Assembly: GCA_047602405.1 (NCBI GenBank)
Contig: JASGHJ010000002.1
Coordinates: 1,472,001 to 1,536,000 of the forward strand
DNA length: 64,000 bases
Reading direction: 5' to 3'
DNA from: Anaeromyxobacteraceae bacterium
GTDB taxonomy: Bacteria > Myxococcota > Myxococcia > Myxococcales > Anaeromyxobacteraceae
Part shown: positions 44,191 through 53,674 of the stretch, piece after piece
How positions within the stretch are numbered: position 1 is the stretch's first letter
Layout: each line of letters opens with the position of its first letter
Position numbers and translations under genes: made by a program
Notes under the pieces: generated by a model
What the model saw: only the letters and a program-made list of their open reading frames with translations
The model's database searches: none
Told to the model about the DNA's origin: nothing

Positions 44191-44964
44191 ATGGACTCCG
44201 ACGACGACGCCCGCCGGGCCTTCATGCGGAACCTCGCGCACGAGCTCTCCGGGCCGCTCACGCCCATCGCGGGCTACCTGCGCATCCTGCAGGGCGAGAA
44301 GCTCGGCGCGCTCTCGCCGCAGCAGCGGCGCATCGTCGAGGCCATGCTGCACGCGTCGGTGCGGCTCACCCGGATCGTCGAGAACCTGTCCGACTTCGCC
44401 ACCCTCGGCGCGCCGGAGACGCGGCTGCACGCCGAGCCGTTCGACCCGGACCGGCTCGCCGAGGAGGTCGTCGAGGAGCAGCGGGGGGCCATCCGGGACG
44501 GCCGGCTGCACGTCGAGGTGGTGCCCTCGGGGCAGGGGCCGCTCCTCGGCGACGGCAAGAAGCTCCGCCAGGCGCTCGGCAACCTGGTGTCGAACGCGGT
44601 GAAGTTCTCGCCGCACGGCGCCGAGGTGCGGGTGGAGGTGCTCCGGGCCGGCGGCCGCCTGCGCTTCCGGGTCTGGGACCAGGGCCCGGGCATCCCGCTC
44701 GGCGCGGGGGACGGGCTCTTCGAGCCGCTCCGCCACGCGCGGCGCCGCGCCGGCGACGACGCCGGCCCGCCGGGCTCCGGCCTCGGCCTGCCGGTCGCCC
44801 GCCGCATCGCCGAGGCCCACGGCGGCACGGTCACCTTCGAGTCGCCTCCGCGCACGCAGCCCGTCGCCGCCGGGCACGCCTACGCCGGCGCGCTGTTCGT
44901 GCTCGACGTGGCGGCGGCGCCGGCGGACGACGCCGGGTTGCCGGCCGGCCCCGGTCTCCGCTAG
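44191..44964 (+). CDS. Cytoplasmic histidine kinase (HisKA + HATPase only)
   Basis: [13 protein letters not shown]-box; [15 protein letters not shown] and GSGLGL boxes; no sensor domain. Confidence 0.85.
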   Translation: MDSDDDARRAFMRNLAHELSGPLTPIAGYLRILQGEKLGALSPQQRRIVEAMLHASVRLTRIVENLSDFATLGAPETRLHAEPFDPDRLAEEVVEEQRGAIRDGRLHVEVVPSGQGPLLGDGKKLRQALGNLVSNAVKFSPHGAEVRVEVLRAGGRLRFRVWDQGPGIPLGAGDGLFEPLRHARRRAGDDAGPPGSGLGLPVARRIAEAHGGTVTFESPPRTQPVAAGHAYAGALFVLDVAAAPADDAGLPAGPGLR

Positions 44965-44974
44965 GTACCCGCCC

Positions 44975-46033
44975 GTGCGCGTGCTCGTGGCCATGTCCGG
45001 CGGGGTCGACTCCTCGACCGCGGCGGCGCTCCTGAAGGGCGAGGGGCACGAGGTGCTCGGCGTCGCCATGCGCGTCGCGGACCACGCCGACCCGGCCCGA
45101 GGCCGCTCCTGCTGCGCGCCCGACGACCTCGACGACGCCCGCGCCGTCGCGCGGCGGCTCGGGATCCCGTTCTTCGTCGCGAACGTGGAGGCCCGCTTCA
45201 AGGAGCGGGTGATCGACCCGTTCGTCCAGGACTACCTCGAGGGCCGCACCCCCAACCCCTGCATCGCCTGCAACGTCGACGTGAAGTTCGACTGGCTGCT
45301 CGCGCGCGCCCGCGCGCTCGGCGCGCGGCTCGCGACCGGGCACTACGCCCGCGTCGAGCGGCGGGGCGGACGCTGGGCGCTCTGCACCGCGGCCGACCCG
45401 GCGAAGGACCAGACCTACTTCCTCTACGGGCTCGGCCAGGCGGAGCTCGAGCAGGTCCTGTTCCCGGTCGGCCACCTCGGGAAGCCGGCGGTGCGCGAGG
45501 CGGCCGCGCGGGCCGGGCTGCCCACCGCTGCGAAGGCCGAGTCGCAGGAGATCTGCTTCGTGCCCGACCACGACGCCGCCGGCTTCGTCGCGCTGCGCGC
45601 CGGGGCGGCCGCGCGCGGGGGCGAGCTCGTCTCCACCTCGGGCGAGGTGCTGGGCCGGCACGACGGCGTGCACCGGTTCACGGTCGGCCAGCGCAGGGGG
45701 ATCGGGCTCTCCGGCCCGGCGCCGCGGTACGTCGTGCGGCTCGAACCCGGGGCCGGGCGGGTCGTGGTGGGGAGCGCCGAGGAGGCGAGCACGAGCCGGT
45801 TCCGGGCGGTCGAGGCCCGCTGGACCGCGGGCGCGCCCCCGGCCGCCCAGGTCGAGGTGACCGTCAAGGTCCGCCACCGCCACGAGGGCGAGCGCGCCAC
45901 GATCCGCGCCGCCGGGGCGGGGATCGTGGAGGTCGTCCTCGCCCGTCCGGTGCGCGGCGTCGCGCCCGGCCAGGCCGCCGTCTTCTACGACGGGGACGAG
46001 GTGCTGGGCGGGGGTCGGATCCAGGCCGGCTGA
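44975..46033 (+). CDS. mnmA: tRNA-specific 2-thiouridylase
   Basis: [57 protein letters not shown]. Confidence 0.96.
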   Translation: MRVLVAMSGGVDSSTAAALLKGEGHEVLGVAMRVADHADPARGRSCCAPDDLDDARAVARRLGIPFFVANVEARFKERVIDPFVQDYLEGRTPNPCIACNVDVKFDWLLARARALGARLATGHYARVERRGGRWALCTAADPAKDQTYFLYGLGQAELEQVLFPVGHLGKPAVREAAARAGLPTAAKAESQEICFVPDHDAAGFVALRAGAAARGGELVSTSGEVLGRHDGVHRFTVGQRRGIGLSGPAPRYVVRLEPGAGRVVVGSAEEASTSRFRAVEARWTAGAPPAAQVEVTVKVRHRHEGERATIRAAGAGIVEVVLARPVRGVAPGQAAVFYDGDEVLGGGRIQAG

Positions 46034-46086
46034 CGCTCCACCCGGAAGCTTGCTCCGCGGGCGGGGTCGGCCTATTCCTCCGCGCC

Positions 46087-47682
46087 ATGCGCCTCGCCGA
46101 CGGCCGCCAGGTCCCCGACCTCCACATCGATCCCGAGCTCGTCGCCCGCTGCCGGAGCCTGGCCGACCAGGTGACGGCCCAGGTGCTCGAGATGGTGCGG
46201 CGGCACACCACCGTCTCGATCGAGCGGACCGTGCTGCGCCTCTTCGGCCTCCACGACGCGGGGCCCCGCGGCGTGCCGCTCGTCAACCTCGCGGTGGACG
46301 CGCTCCACGAGCGCAAGCTCCTCGGCAAGGGCGCGGCCTACTGGCTGGGCTGGGCGCTCCGCCACGGCGCCACCGACCCGCTCTCCATCGTCGACCGGCT
46401 GACCGCGCTCCCGCCGAACCCGGAGCCTGTCCCCGCCGCCGAGGAGCGGGCGATGCTCGAGGACGTGCGCCGGGAGGCCCGCGCGGCGGTGGCCGAGCTC
46501 GGGCGCCGGGTCGAGGAGCGCAACGCGCTCAAGCAGCAGCTCGGGGTCGGCCCGCGGCCCCACCGCTACCTCATCGTCGCGACCGGCAACATCCACGACG
46601 ACGTCGAGCAGGCGGTCGCCGCGGCGCAGGCCGGCGCGGACGTCATCGCGGTCATCCGCTCCACCGCGCAGTCCCTCCTCGACTACGTGCCGCACGGCGC
46701 GACCACCGAGGGCTACGGCGGCACCTACGCCACCCAGGAGAACTTCCGCATCATGCGGGCGGCCCTCGACGAGGAGTCGCGCCGGCTGTCGCGGTACGTC
46801 CACCTGACGAACTACTCCTCCGGCCTCTGCATGCCGGAGATCGCGTTCTCGGCGGCGTGGGAGCGGCTCGACATGCTCCTCAACGACGCGATGTACGGGA
46901 TCCTCTTCCGCGACATCAACATGAAGCGGACGCTGTGCGACCAGTACTTCTCGCGCCGGATCTGCGCGCTCGCGGACGTCATCATCAACACCGGCGAGGA
47001 CAACTACATCACCACCGCCGACGCCGACGAGGCCGCTCACACGGTCATCGCCTCGCAGTTCGTGAACGAGAGCTTCGCCCACCGGGCCGGGCTTCCCGAC
47101 CGCCTCATCGGGCTCGGGCACTCCTTCGAGATCGACCCGGCCCGCGAGGACACCATCGCCCGCGAGTTCGCGCAGGCGCTCCTCGTGCGCACGCTCTTCC
47201 CGGACGCGCCCATCAAGTACATGCCGCCCACGAAGCACAAGCAGGGCGACATCTTCTTCAGCCACGCCTACGACGTCATGGCGAACGTCGTCTCCTGGAC
47301 GACGGGGCAGGGCATCCAGCTCCTCGGCATGATGACCGAGGCCATGCACAACCCCTTCCTCATGGACCGGTACGTCGCGCTCAAGGGCTCGGCCTACGTC
47401 TACAAGGCCTGGAAGTCGATGGGCGGCGAGATCCAGTTCCGCCCGGGCGGGATGGTCGAGACCCGCGCGAAGGAGACGCTCGCGAAGGCCCTCGAGCTCC
47501 TCGAGGAGGTCGCGCGGGACGGGCTGATGCAGGCGATCGGCAACGCCCGGTTCGGCGACGTGTCGCGCAGGGAGGACGGCGGGAAGGGGCTCGCCGGCGT
47601 GGTGGAGCGCGGGCCCGACTACTTCAACCCGTTCCTCGAGCTCATGGAGGCGGGCGGCGCCGCGGGGGCGCGGGCCCGGTGA
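46087..47682 (+). CDS. kamD: Lysine 5,6-aminomutase alpha subunit
   Basis: [58 protein letters not shown]. Confidence 0.92.
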   Translation: MRLADGRQVPDLHIDPELVARCRSLADQVTAQVLEMVRRHTTVSIERTVLRLFGLHDAGPRGVPLVNLAVDALHERKLLGKGAAYWLGWALRHGATDPLSIVDRLTALPPNPEPVPAAEERAMLEDVRREARAAVAELGRRVEERNALKQQLGVGPRPHRYLIVATGNIHDDVEQAVAAAQAGADVIAVIRSTAQSLLDYVPHGATTEGYGGTYATQENFRIMRAALDEESRRLSRYVHLTNYSSGLCMPEIAFSAAWERLDMLLNDAMYGILFRDINMKRTLCDQYFSRRICALADVIINTGEDNYITTADADEAAHTVIASQFVNESFAHRAGLPDRLIGLGHSFEIDPAREDTIAREFAQALLVRTLFPDAPIKYMPPTKHKQGDIFFSHAYDVMANVVSWTTGQGIQLLGMMTEAMHNPFLMDRYVALKGSAYVYKAWKSMGGEIQFRPGGMVETRAKETLAKALELLEEVARDGLMQAIGNARFGDVSRREDGGKGLAGVVERGPDYFNPFLELMEAGGAAGARAR

Positions 47683-48200
47683 GGCGGCTCCTCCAGGCCG
47701 CCGCGCTCGCCGCCCTCGCGGGCTGCGCCAGCGTGGCGAGGATCTTCGAGTCCCCGCCCGCGCCGGAGCCGGCCACGCGCGAGGGGTGGGTCGCGTACCG
47801 CGTGGCGGACCTCAGGGTCGAGGCGCCCGCCGCGTGGAGGGCCTCGGGCGGCCCGCGGGCGCTCACGCTCGAGGAGCCGGACGGGCAGGCGAAGCTGGCC
47901 GTGAGCGTCTCGGAGGAGCGGTTCCAGGACGCGAAGGCCTGCCTCGCCGCCGGCGACGCGTCGCTCCAGCGCGGCGCGGCCGGCCTCGAGCGCGTGCGCC
48001 GGCACGCGTCGACCTTCGCCGGGGCGCCGGCGGTGGAGCAGGAGGCCGACCAGGGCGCCTGGCACGGCTGGGCGTGGGCGGTGTGCGACCGTGGCACGCA
48101 GTACCGGATCTTCTTCACCGCGCCGGCGACGGCGCCCGCGAGCGTGCTGGAGGTCCACAGGGCCCTCCTCGCCGCCCGGCTCATCGGAGGTGTCTCGTGA
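47679..48200 (+). CDS. Hypothetical lipoprotein
   Basis: Lipobox ALAGC; GTGA overlaps with both kamD and kamE. Confidence 0.65.
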   Translation: MRRLLQAAALAALAGCASVARIFESPPAPEPATREGWVAYRVADLRVEAPAAWRASGGPRALTLEEPDGQAKLAVSVSEERFQDAKACLAAGDASLQRGAAGLERVRRHASTFAGAPAVEQEADQGAWHGWAWAVCDRGTQYRIFFTAPATAPASVLEVHRALLAARLIGGVS

Positions 48201-48968
48201 GACCGCACGACTGGGAGCCCGGGCAGGTCATCCGGCCCTACGGCGACCGCCGCGACGACGGCGTCGTCCAGCTGAGCTTCGTCCTGCCGGTGCCCCCGGG
48301 CGAGCGCGCCCGCGAGGCGGCCGGCGAGCTCGCGAAGAAGATGGGGCTCGAGCAGGTGCACGTCGCGGCCATGGAGCCCGCGGCCGAGCGCTACACCTTC
48401 TTCGTCGTCTACGGCCGCACCGGCGTCACCGTCGACTACGGGAAGCTGCAGGTGCCCGAGGTGGTGGTCCGCAAGAAGGGCTTCGACGAGCTCAACGCGT
48501 ACGCGCAGAAGGAGGTCGGGCGCCGCATCGTGGTGCTCGGCGCCTGCACGGGCTCCGACGCGCACACCGTCGGCATCGACGCGATCGATGAACATGAAGG
48601 GCTTCTCGGGCGACTACGGGCTCGAGCGCTACGCCTGCTTCGAGGCCCAGAACCTGGGTGCGCAGGTCGAGACCGCGCGGCTGGCGCGGCTCTGCAAGGA
48701 GCGGAGCGCGGACGCGGTGCTGGTCTCGCAGGTGGTCACCCAGCGCGACGTGCACAAGGAGAACGCGCGCGAGCTCATCCACGAGCTCGAGAAGCTCGGC
48801 ATCCGCGAGCGCACCATCACGCTCCTCGGCGGCCCGCGCATCGACCACCGGCTCGCGGTCGAGCTCGGGTACGACGCGGGCTTCGGGCCGGGCACGAAGC
48901 CCTCCGAGGTCGCGAACTTCATCGTCGGCGCGGTCCTCAAGAAGATGGGCAAGGAGATGCACGCGTGA
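48197..48968 (+). CDS. kamE: Lysine 5,6-aminomutase beta (cobalamin-binding) subunit; one extra base near 48587
   Basis: [17 protein letters not shown]12 motif DAHTVG; corrected GIDAIMNMKG containing the PLP lysine; span is 3n+1. Confidence 0.9.
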
Positions 48969-49375
48969 GCGCCCCGGTCCCGAAGGTCGGGCAGAAGGTC
49001 GTGCACCGCCTGCGCCTCTCGCAGGCCGACGCCCACTACGGCGGCAACCTCGTCGACGGGGCGCGGGTGCTCGCGCTGTTCGGGGACGTCGCGACCGAGC
49101 TCCTCGTGCGGTCCGACGGCGACGAGGGGCTCTTCCGCGCCTACGACGCGGTCGAGTTCCTGGCCCCGCTCCACGCCGGCGACTTCGTGGAGGCGGAGGG
49201 GGAGATTGTGAAGGCGGGCAACACCTCGCGGGCGATGCGCTTCGAGGCGCGCAAGGTGATCTCGCCGCGCCCGGACCTCAACGAGTCGGCGGCCGACGTG
49301 CTCCCGGAGGTGGTGGTGGTCTGCCGGGCGACCGGCACCTGCGTCGTCCCGAAGGACAAGCAGCGGAGGGGCTGA
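48965..49375 (+). CDS. kal: 3-aminobutyryl-CoA ammonia-lyase (hotdog fold)
   Basis: [33 protein letters not shown] and CVVPKDKQR motifs. Confidence 0.88.
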   Translation: MSAPVPKVGQKVVHRLRLSQADAHYGGNLVDGARVLALFGDVATELLVRSDGDEGLFRAYDAVEFLAPLHAGDFVEAEGEIVKAGNTSRAMRFEARKVISPRPDLNESAADVLPEVVVVCRATGTCVVPKDKQRRG

Positions 49376-49376
49376 C

Positions 49377-50204
49377 ATGCCCGAGAAGGTCATCGTCACC
49401 GCGGCGGTGGTGGGCGCCGAGGTCACCCGCGCGCAGAGCCCGGCCGTGCCCTACACGCCGGCCGAGATCGCGGCGGCCTCGGTCGCCGCCTGGCGCGCGG
49501 GCGCCGCGGTCGTGCACCTCCACGCCCGCTGGCCCGACGGCCGCCCCTCGCAGGAGGCCGCCCACTTCCGGGAGATCGTGGAGCGCATCCGCGGGGCCGG
49601 GTGCGACGTCGTGATCCAGTGCTCGACCGGCGGCGCGGTCGGGATGTCGGTCGACGAGCGGCTCGGATCGCTCGTCCCGGGCGCCGAGATGGGCACGCTC
49701 AACCTCGGCACCATGAACTTCGGGGACGAGGTCTTCCAGAACACCCGCCCCGACATCGTGAAGATCGCCGCCCGGCTGCGCGAGCGGCGGCTCGTCCCCG
49801 AGTGCGAGCTCTACGACGCCGGCATGCTCGACACGCTCCGCTGGCTCCTCGAGAAGGGCCACCTCGCGCGCCCGTACCAGGTGCAGTTCGTGCTGGGCGT
49901 GCCCGGGGGCATGGCCGCGAACGAGCGGAACCTCCGGTTCCTGCTGGAGGGGCTGCCGGAGGCGGTGCACTGGAGCGTCGCCGGGGTGGGGCGCCACCAG
50001 CTCCCCATGGCCGAGCTCGCGCTCGCGCTCGGCGGCCACGTGCGGGTCGGGCTCGAGGACAACCTGTACGCGTCGAAGGGCGTGCTCGCGCGCGGCTCCG
50101 ACGAGCTCGTGGAGCGCGCGGCGGCGCTCGCCGCGGCCGCGGGCCGGGCGCTCGCCTCGCCCGGGGAGGCCCGGGCGGCGCTGGGGATCGCGCCGCTCGC
50201 TTGA
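49377..50204 (+). CDS. kce: 3-keto-5-aminohexanoate cleavage enzyme
   Basis: TAAVVGAE, PYTPAEIA, HLHAR, STGG, GTMNFG and HVRVGLEDN motifs; lysine-fermentation context. Confidence 0.88.
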   Translation: MPEKVIVTAAVVGAEVTRAQSPAVPYTPAEIAAASVAAWRAGAAVVHLHARWPDGRPSQEAAHFREIVERIRGAGCDVVIQCSTGGAVGMSVDERLGSLVPGAEMGTLNLGTMNFGDEVFQNTRPDIVKIAARLRERRLVPECELYDAGMLDTLRWLLEKGHLARPYQVQFVLGVPGGMAANERNLRFLLEGLPEAVHWSVAGVGRHQLPMAELALALGGHVRVGLEDNLYASKGVLARGSDELVERAAALAAAAGRALASPGEARAALGIAPLA

Positions 50205-50246
50205 CGCGGGCGGCCGCGCTGCTACGGTCGCCCCGAGGGAGACCCG

Positions 50247-50732
50247 ATGAGCCTCGGCGAGTGGCTGTCCAGGTTTCGCGAGATGCACGAGAAGGCGCGT
50301 CGGAAGCAGCTCAACCCGACGGACCTCTCCGCCTACCGCAAGGGGCGCGACGAGCTCGCCTTCGCGCTGCTCGCCGCGCAGCGCCTCACGCTCAAGCCCG
50401 GTGAGACGCCGCGCCGCGCCCTGCGCGTCGCCCGCGCCCTGCAGGTCGATCTCGACCTCATCACCTCGCGGGACCGGGCCATCACCATCGACATCTCGAC
50501 CGGCGGCTTCTCGTGCCTGCTCGCGAAGTCGCCGCCCCTCGGGGACGAGGTCTCGATCCAGATGCGGATGCCGGCGAGCGATCCGCTCGTGTGCAAGGTC
50601 CGGATCGCCGACGTGAAGCCGCAGTCGGGCAACGTCCGGGTGGCCTTCCAGTTCCTGGGGCTCTCCGAGGACGAGAAGGAACGGCTCGAGCTCTTCGTGT
50701 TCGACACGGTGCTCGCCCAGCTGAGTGGTTAG
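50247..50732 (+). CDS. PilZ-domain protein
   Basis: RxxxR (RRALR) and DISTGG motifs, VAFQF. Confidence 0.82.
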   Translation: MSLGEWLSRFREMHEKARRKQLNPTDLSAYRKGRDELAFALLAAQRLTLKPGETPRRALRVARALQVDLDLITSRDRAITIDISTGGFSCLLAKSPPLGDEVSIQMRMPASDPLVCKVRIADVKPQSGNVRVAFQFLGLSEDEKERLELFVFDTVLAQLSG

Positions 50733-50823
50733 CGGGGGGCGTCCCTCGACTCCGGCCCCGCTGCCGCGGGACCTGCGCTCGGGATGACCGGCCCGGCGCA
50801 GGCCCGCAGCGTTCGGCCCCGGA

Positions 50824-51579
50824 CTACTTCGTCGGGATGTCGACGTCGAGCTGGACCGTCCACATCCACTTCGCGCCGTAGCCTGCCGAGTAGTAGTCGG
50901 AGTCGAGGAAGAACACCGGCCCCGTGATCAGCGCGACGTTGGAGTTGAAGTAGGCGCACAGGCCGCCGCCGACCGCGCCCATCCAGTTCTTCCCGGTGGA
51001 GAGATCGCCGACGACGTTGAGCTTGTCGAGGCCGGGGAGGCCGACCTTGATGTCGGGGCTCACGTAGCTCACCATCGCGCCCGGCCGAGCGACCTTGCCG
51101 GTGCTGCCGGTCCACAGCGCCTTCGAGCCCGCGCCGTAGTAGCCGCCGAGGCCGAAGGTGCCGTAGGGCGTGGTCTTCCCGAGGGCGAGGTACGCGAGGT
51201 CGAGGTTGGACACGTCGCTCTTGAACCCGACGTTCATGATCCCGACCGAGACGCCCGGCGACCACTCGCCGAGGGCACCCTCCACGAGCGTGAGCTTCGC
51301 GTTGAGCTGGAGCCAGTCCTGCGTGTAGCCCGGGTAGAAGAGATCGAACCCGACCTCGCCCTGGAGCTTGTCGCCCGGGAGCACGCCGATCGTCAGGCCG
51401 TAGGTGTTCGCGAGCGCACCACCCTCCGCGACGTACGTGTCGTAGGTCAGGTGCGGCACGGCGAACGGCTGCGTGTAGGTCGTCGCCGGGGTCCAGTAGA
51501 CCGTCGACGGCGTGGCGTGCGCCGGGCTGGCCACGGCGAGGCCGGCGGCGACGAGCGCCGTGGCGAGAAGCTTCTTCAT
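50824..51579 (-). CDS. Hypothetical outer-membrane (beta-barrel-like) protein
   Basis: Signal peptide MKKLLATALVAAGLAVASPAHA, aromatic-rich amphipathic strands, GGAGGAG RBS. Confidence 0.7.
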   Translation of the reverse strand: MKKLLATALVAAGLAVASPAHATPSTVYWTPATTYTQPFAVPHLTYDTYVAEGGALANTYGLTIGVLPGDKLQGEVGFDLFYPGYTQDWLQLNAKLTLVEGALGEWSPGVSVGIMNVGFKSDVSNLDLAYLALGKTTPYGTFGLGGYYGAGSKALWTGSTGKVARPGAMVSYVSPDIKVGLPGLDKLNVVGDLSTGKNWMGAVGGGLCAYFNSNVALITGPVFFLDSDYYSAGYGAKWMWTVQLDVDIPTK

Positions 51580-51620
51580 GGACTCCTCCAGGATTCGCGG
51601 TGAGTGATGCCGTCGGGTGT

Positions 51621-51637
51621 TGCAGCCGACGTGCCGC
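51621..51637 (-). promoter_or_regulatory. Putative sigma54 promoter for the outer-membrane protein gene
   Basis: Minus strand reads GCGGCACGTCGGCTGCA (GGCACG at -24, GC at -12, GG-N10-GC) about 40 nt upstream of the ATG. Confidence 0.45.
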
Positions 51638-51753
51638 GAGGCCCGGGCGGGGTTCGCGCCGTGTTCGGGGAGGTTTCGCGCGGCGCGCGCGGCCGGGCGC
51701 CCGCCGGGCTGCGCGGGCTCCGGTCACCGGGTGCGCGCCGCGCGGGCAGCGGC

Positions 51754-53085
51754 TCAGCGCGTGGTGCGGGTGGTGGTGGCCGGCTTCTTCACGGCCTTCA
51801 CCGGCTTCTTGGCGGCGGTGGCCTTCCTCGTCGCCTTGGCCTTCGTCGTGGTCTTCGCCTTGAGCGAGGTCTTCGCGCCGGCCTTCGCCACCGCGGCGGT
51901 GGCCTTCACGACCCTGCCGCCCTTCTTCGCGACGATCGCGGGCTTCGGCGGCGGCGCGGGAGGAGGCGGCGGGGGCGGACGCCAGGGTGGGAGGTCCGCC
52001 GGGTCGTCGTCGCTCGCGCTCTGGAGCGGCGCGGGCGCGCCCTCGACGGCGCGGTAGGGGCCCTCGTGCTCGGCCGCGGCGCGCGCGGCCGCGGCCGCCC
52101 AGTCGCGCGCCGGCCCGGTGATCCCCGCCTTGTCGAGCGGGGCGAACGGGTTCGGCTCCTTCGCGCGGAGGAGCAGGGCGGACAGGTGGAGCGCGGCGCG
52201 GCCGCGCTCGGCGCCCGGCGTGCCGTTCCGGTCGTCGAGCAGCCGCTCGAGGGCGGCGCGGGCCGTCTTCGGATCGCCCGCGCCGGAGAGGGCGAGCTTC
52301 CCGAGCCCGAGGGCAGCCCGGGGGTGCAGCGGTGAGGCGACGAGGGCGGCCTCGTACGCGGCGCGGGCGCCGGCGAGGTCCTTGCGGGACCGGCGCAGGA
52401 GGTCGCCCTGCGCGGCGAGGCCGGCGGGCAGCTCGGCGGCGGCGGCGCGCGCGGCGGGCTCCTGGCCCGCCTCCAGGTTCCCGGCGAGGAGCGCGACGCG
52501 CGCCTCGATGGCGAGCGCCATGGGGGCGTCGCCCGCCCGGGAAGCGGCGGTGGCGGCGTTGCCCGCCTCGCGCCGACCGAGCGCCAGCGCCGCGTACGCG
52601 AGGCTCGCGTGCGCCGGGACCTTCTCGGCGCGGCCGGGCGTCACGAGCAGCGCCTCCGCCTGATCCTCGGCCGCGGGGTCGCGGTAGTCGGCGAAGAGCA
52701 TCGCGAGGGCGAACGCCCGCACGCTCGCCGCGCCGACGTCGTCGATCTCGGCGAGCGGCTCGAGCTTCGCGGCCGCGTCCCGGTAGCCCGCGGCGGTGTC
52801 GAGGCGGAGGAGGGCCTCGGCCTTGGCGATCCCGTCGGCGACCACCTGCCGCTTGTGGTGCGCCCGGTAGGCCCACAGCGCGCCGCCCACGAGGACCACC
52901 ACGGCGATCGCGATGCCCGCCTTCAGCGCGCTCCCGCCGCCCCCCACCGCCTTCTTCACGAGCGCGGGGTCGAGGTCCTCGTCGGGCTCCGGCAGCGGAC
53001 GGTCCGGGTTCTCCGGGAGCTCCGGCGGCAGCTCGTACGGATCGGGCGTGGGGACGGGCTCGTCGTGATCGTTCGGCTTCGTCAT
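51754..53085 (-). CDS. Membrane-anchored TPR-like protein with a Lys/Ala/Thr-rich C-terminal tail
   Basis: Acidic Pro-rich N-terminus, single TM helix, Ala-rich helical repeats (ARAAYEAAL...P.HPRAALGLGKL), poly-Pro, then KAKATRKATAAKKPVKAVKKPA. Confidence 0.7.
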   Translation of the reverse strand: MTKPNDHDEPVPTPDPYELPPELPENPDRPLPEPDEDLDPALVKKAVGGGGSALKAGIAIAVVVLVGGALWAYRAHHKRQVVADGIAKAEALLRLDTAAGYRDAAAKLEPLAEIDDVGAASVRAFALAMLFADYRDPAAEDQAEALLVTPGRAEKVPAHASLAYAALALGRREAGNAATAASRAGDAPMALAIEARVALLAGNLEAGQEPAARAAAAELPAGLAAQGDLLRRSRKDLAGARAAYEAALVASPLHPRAALGLGKLALSGAGDPKTARAALERLLDDRNGTPGAERGRAALHLSALLLRAKEPNPFAPLDKAGITGPARDWAAAAARAAAEHEGPYRAVEGAPAPLQSASDDDPADLPPWRPPPPPPPAPPPKPAIVAKKGGRVVKATAAVAKAGAKTSLKAKTTTKAKATRKATAAKKPVKAVKKPATTTRTTR

Positions 53086-53173
53086 GCGTGGGCTCGGTCA
53101 GAGGGCGCTTCAAACGCAAACGCCCGTGCCGGCGGCCGGCACGGGCGTCAGGAGCGGTGAGGCCACCGAGGGC

Positions 53174-53389
53174 CTAAGGGCCCTTCTCCTCGCGCTCGTC
53201 CTCGCGGGCGACGCCGGAGAGCACGTCGTTCACGGAGGGGAAGCGCATGATCTCGTTCCGGGCGATCCTCCAGGCCTGCTGGACGATCCAGGAGAGCGAG
53301 CGGTCCTGGCGGGTCGCCTCGGCCTGGATCTCGTTCAGCATGTCCTCGGGGAAGTACAGGCTCTGCTTGCGCTTGTCGGTTCCGGGCAT
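53174..53389 (-). CDS. cdbA: MXAN_4361/4362-family (TIGR04563) ribbon-helix-helix protein, CdbA-like c-di-GMP-binding nucleoid-associated protein
   Basis: TDKRKQSLYFPEDMLNEIQAEATRQDRSLSWIVQQAW signature; located next to tilS-ftsH. Confidence 0.82.
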   Translation of the reverse strand: MPGTDKRKQSLYFPEDMLNEIQAEATRQDRSLSWIVQQAWRIARNEIMRFPSVNDVLSGVAREDEREEKGP

Positions 53390-53421
53390 CACGTCTCCAG
53401 GCTTGGGAACAAATCTCGCAC

Positions 53422-53450
53422 CTTGTACGCCGACCGCATCCCTGGGTCAA
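53422..53450 (-). promoter_or_regulatory. Sigma70-type promoter of the cdbA-like gene
   Basis: Minus strand TTGACC-N17-TACAAG, about 33 nt upstream of the ATG. Confidence 0.6.
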
Positions 53451-53519
53451 GCAAATGGCCCCACGAACGGGGGATGGTTACACGCACCGTGATCGCGTGA
53501 CGCCCACGGGGAGCGCGCG

Positions 53520-53554
53520 AAAAAAAGAGAGAGCCGGCATCGCTGCCGGCTCTC
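53520..53554 (-). terminator. Rho-independent terminator on the minus strand
   Basis: 11-bp perfect stem GAGAGCCGGCA/TGCCGGCTCTC followed on the minus strand by TC and a run of 7 T. Confidence 0.8.
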
Positions 53555-53635
53555 CGAGGGCTCGAGGGGGGAGGGGGAATCCCCGAGCCCACGCTGTTGA
53601 GCTCCCTGACGAGATCCAGAACCCTCCACCCTCGG
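53520..53635 (-). ncRNA. Candidate small RNA with a C-rich (anti-Shine-Dalgarno-like) loop; 5' end approximate
   Basis: Terminator with no minus-strand CDS upstream; preceding hairpin GGGCUCGGGG-AUUCCCCCUCCCC-CCUCGAGCCC whose G.U pair forms only on the minus strand. Confidence 0.5.
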
Positions 53636-53674
53636 GGAACATTCCGCGTGAGAGAATCCCGGGCGCCGACGCCC

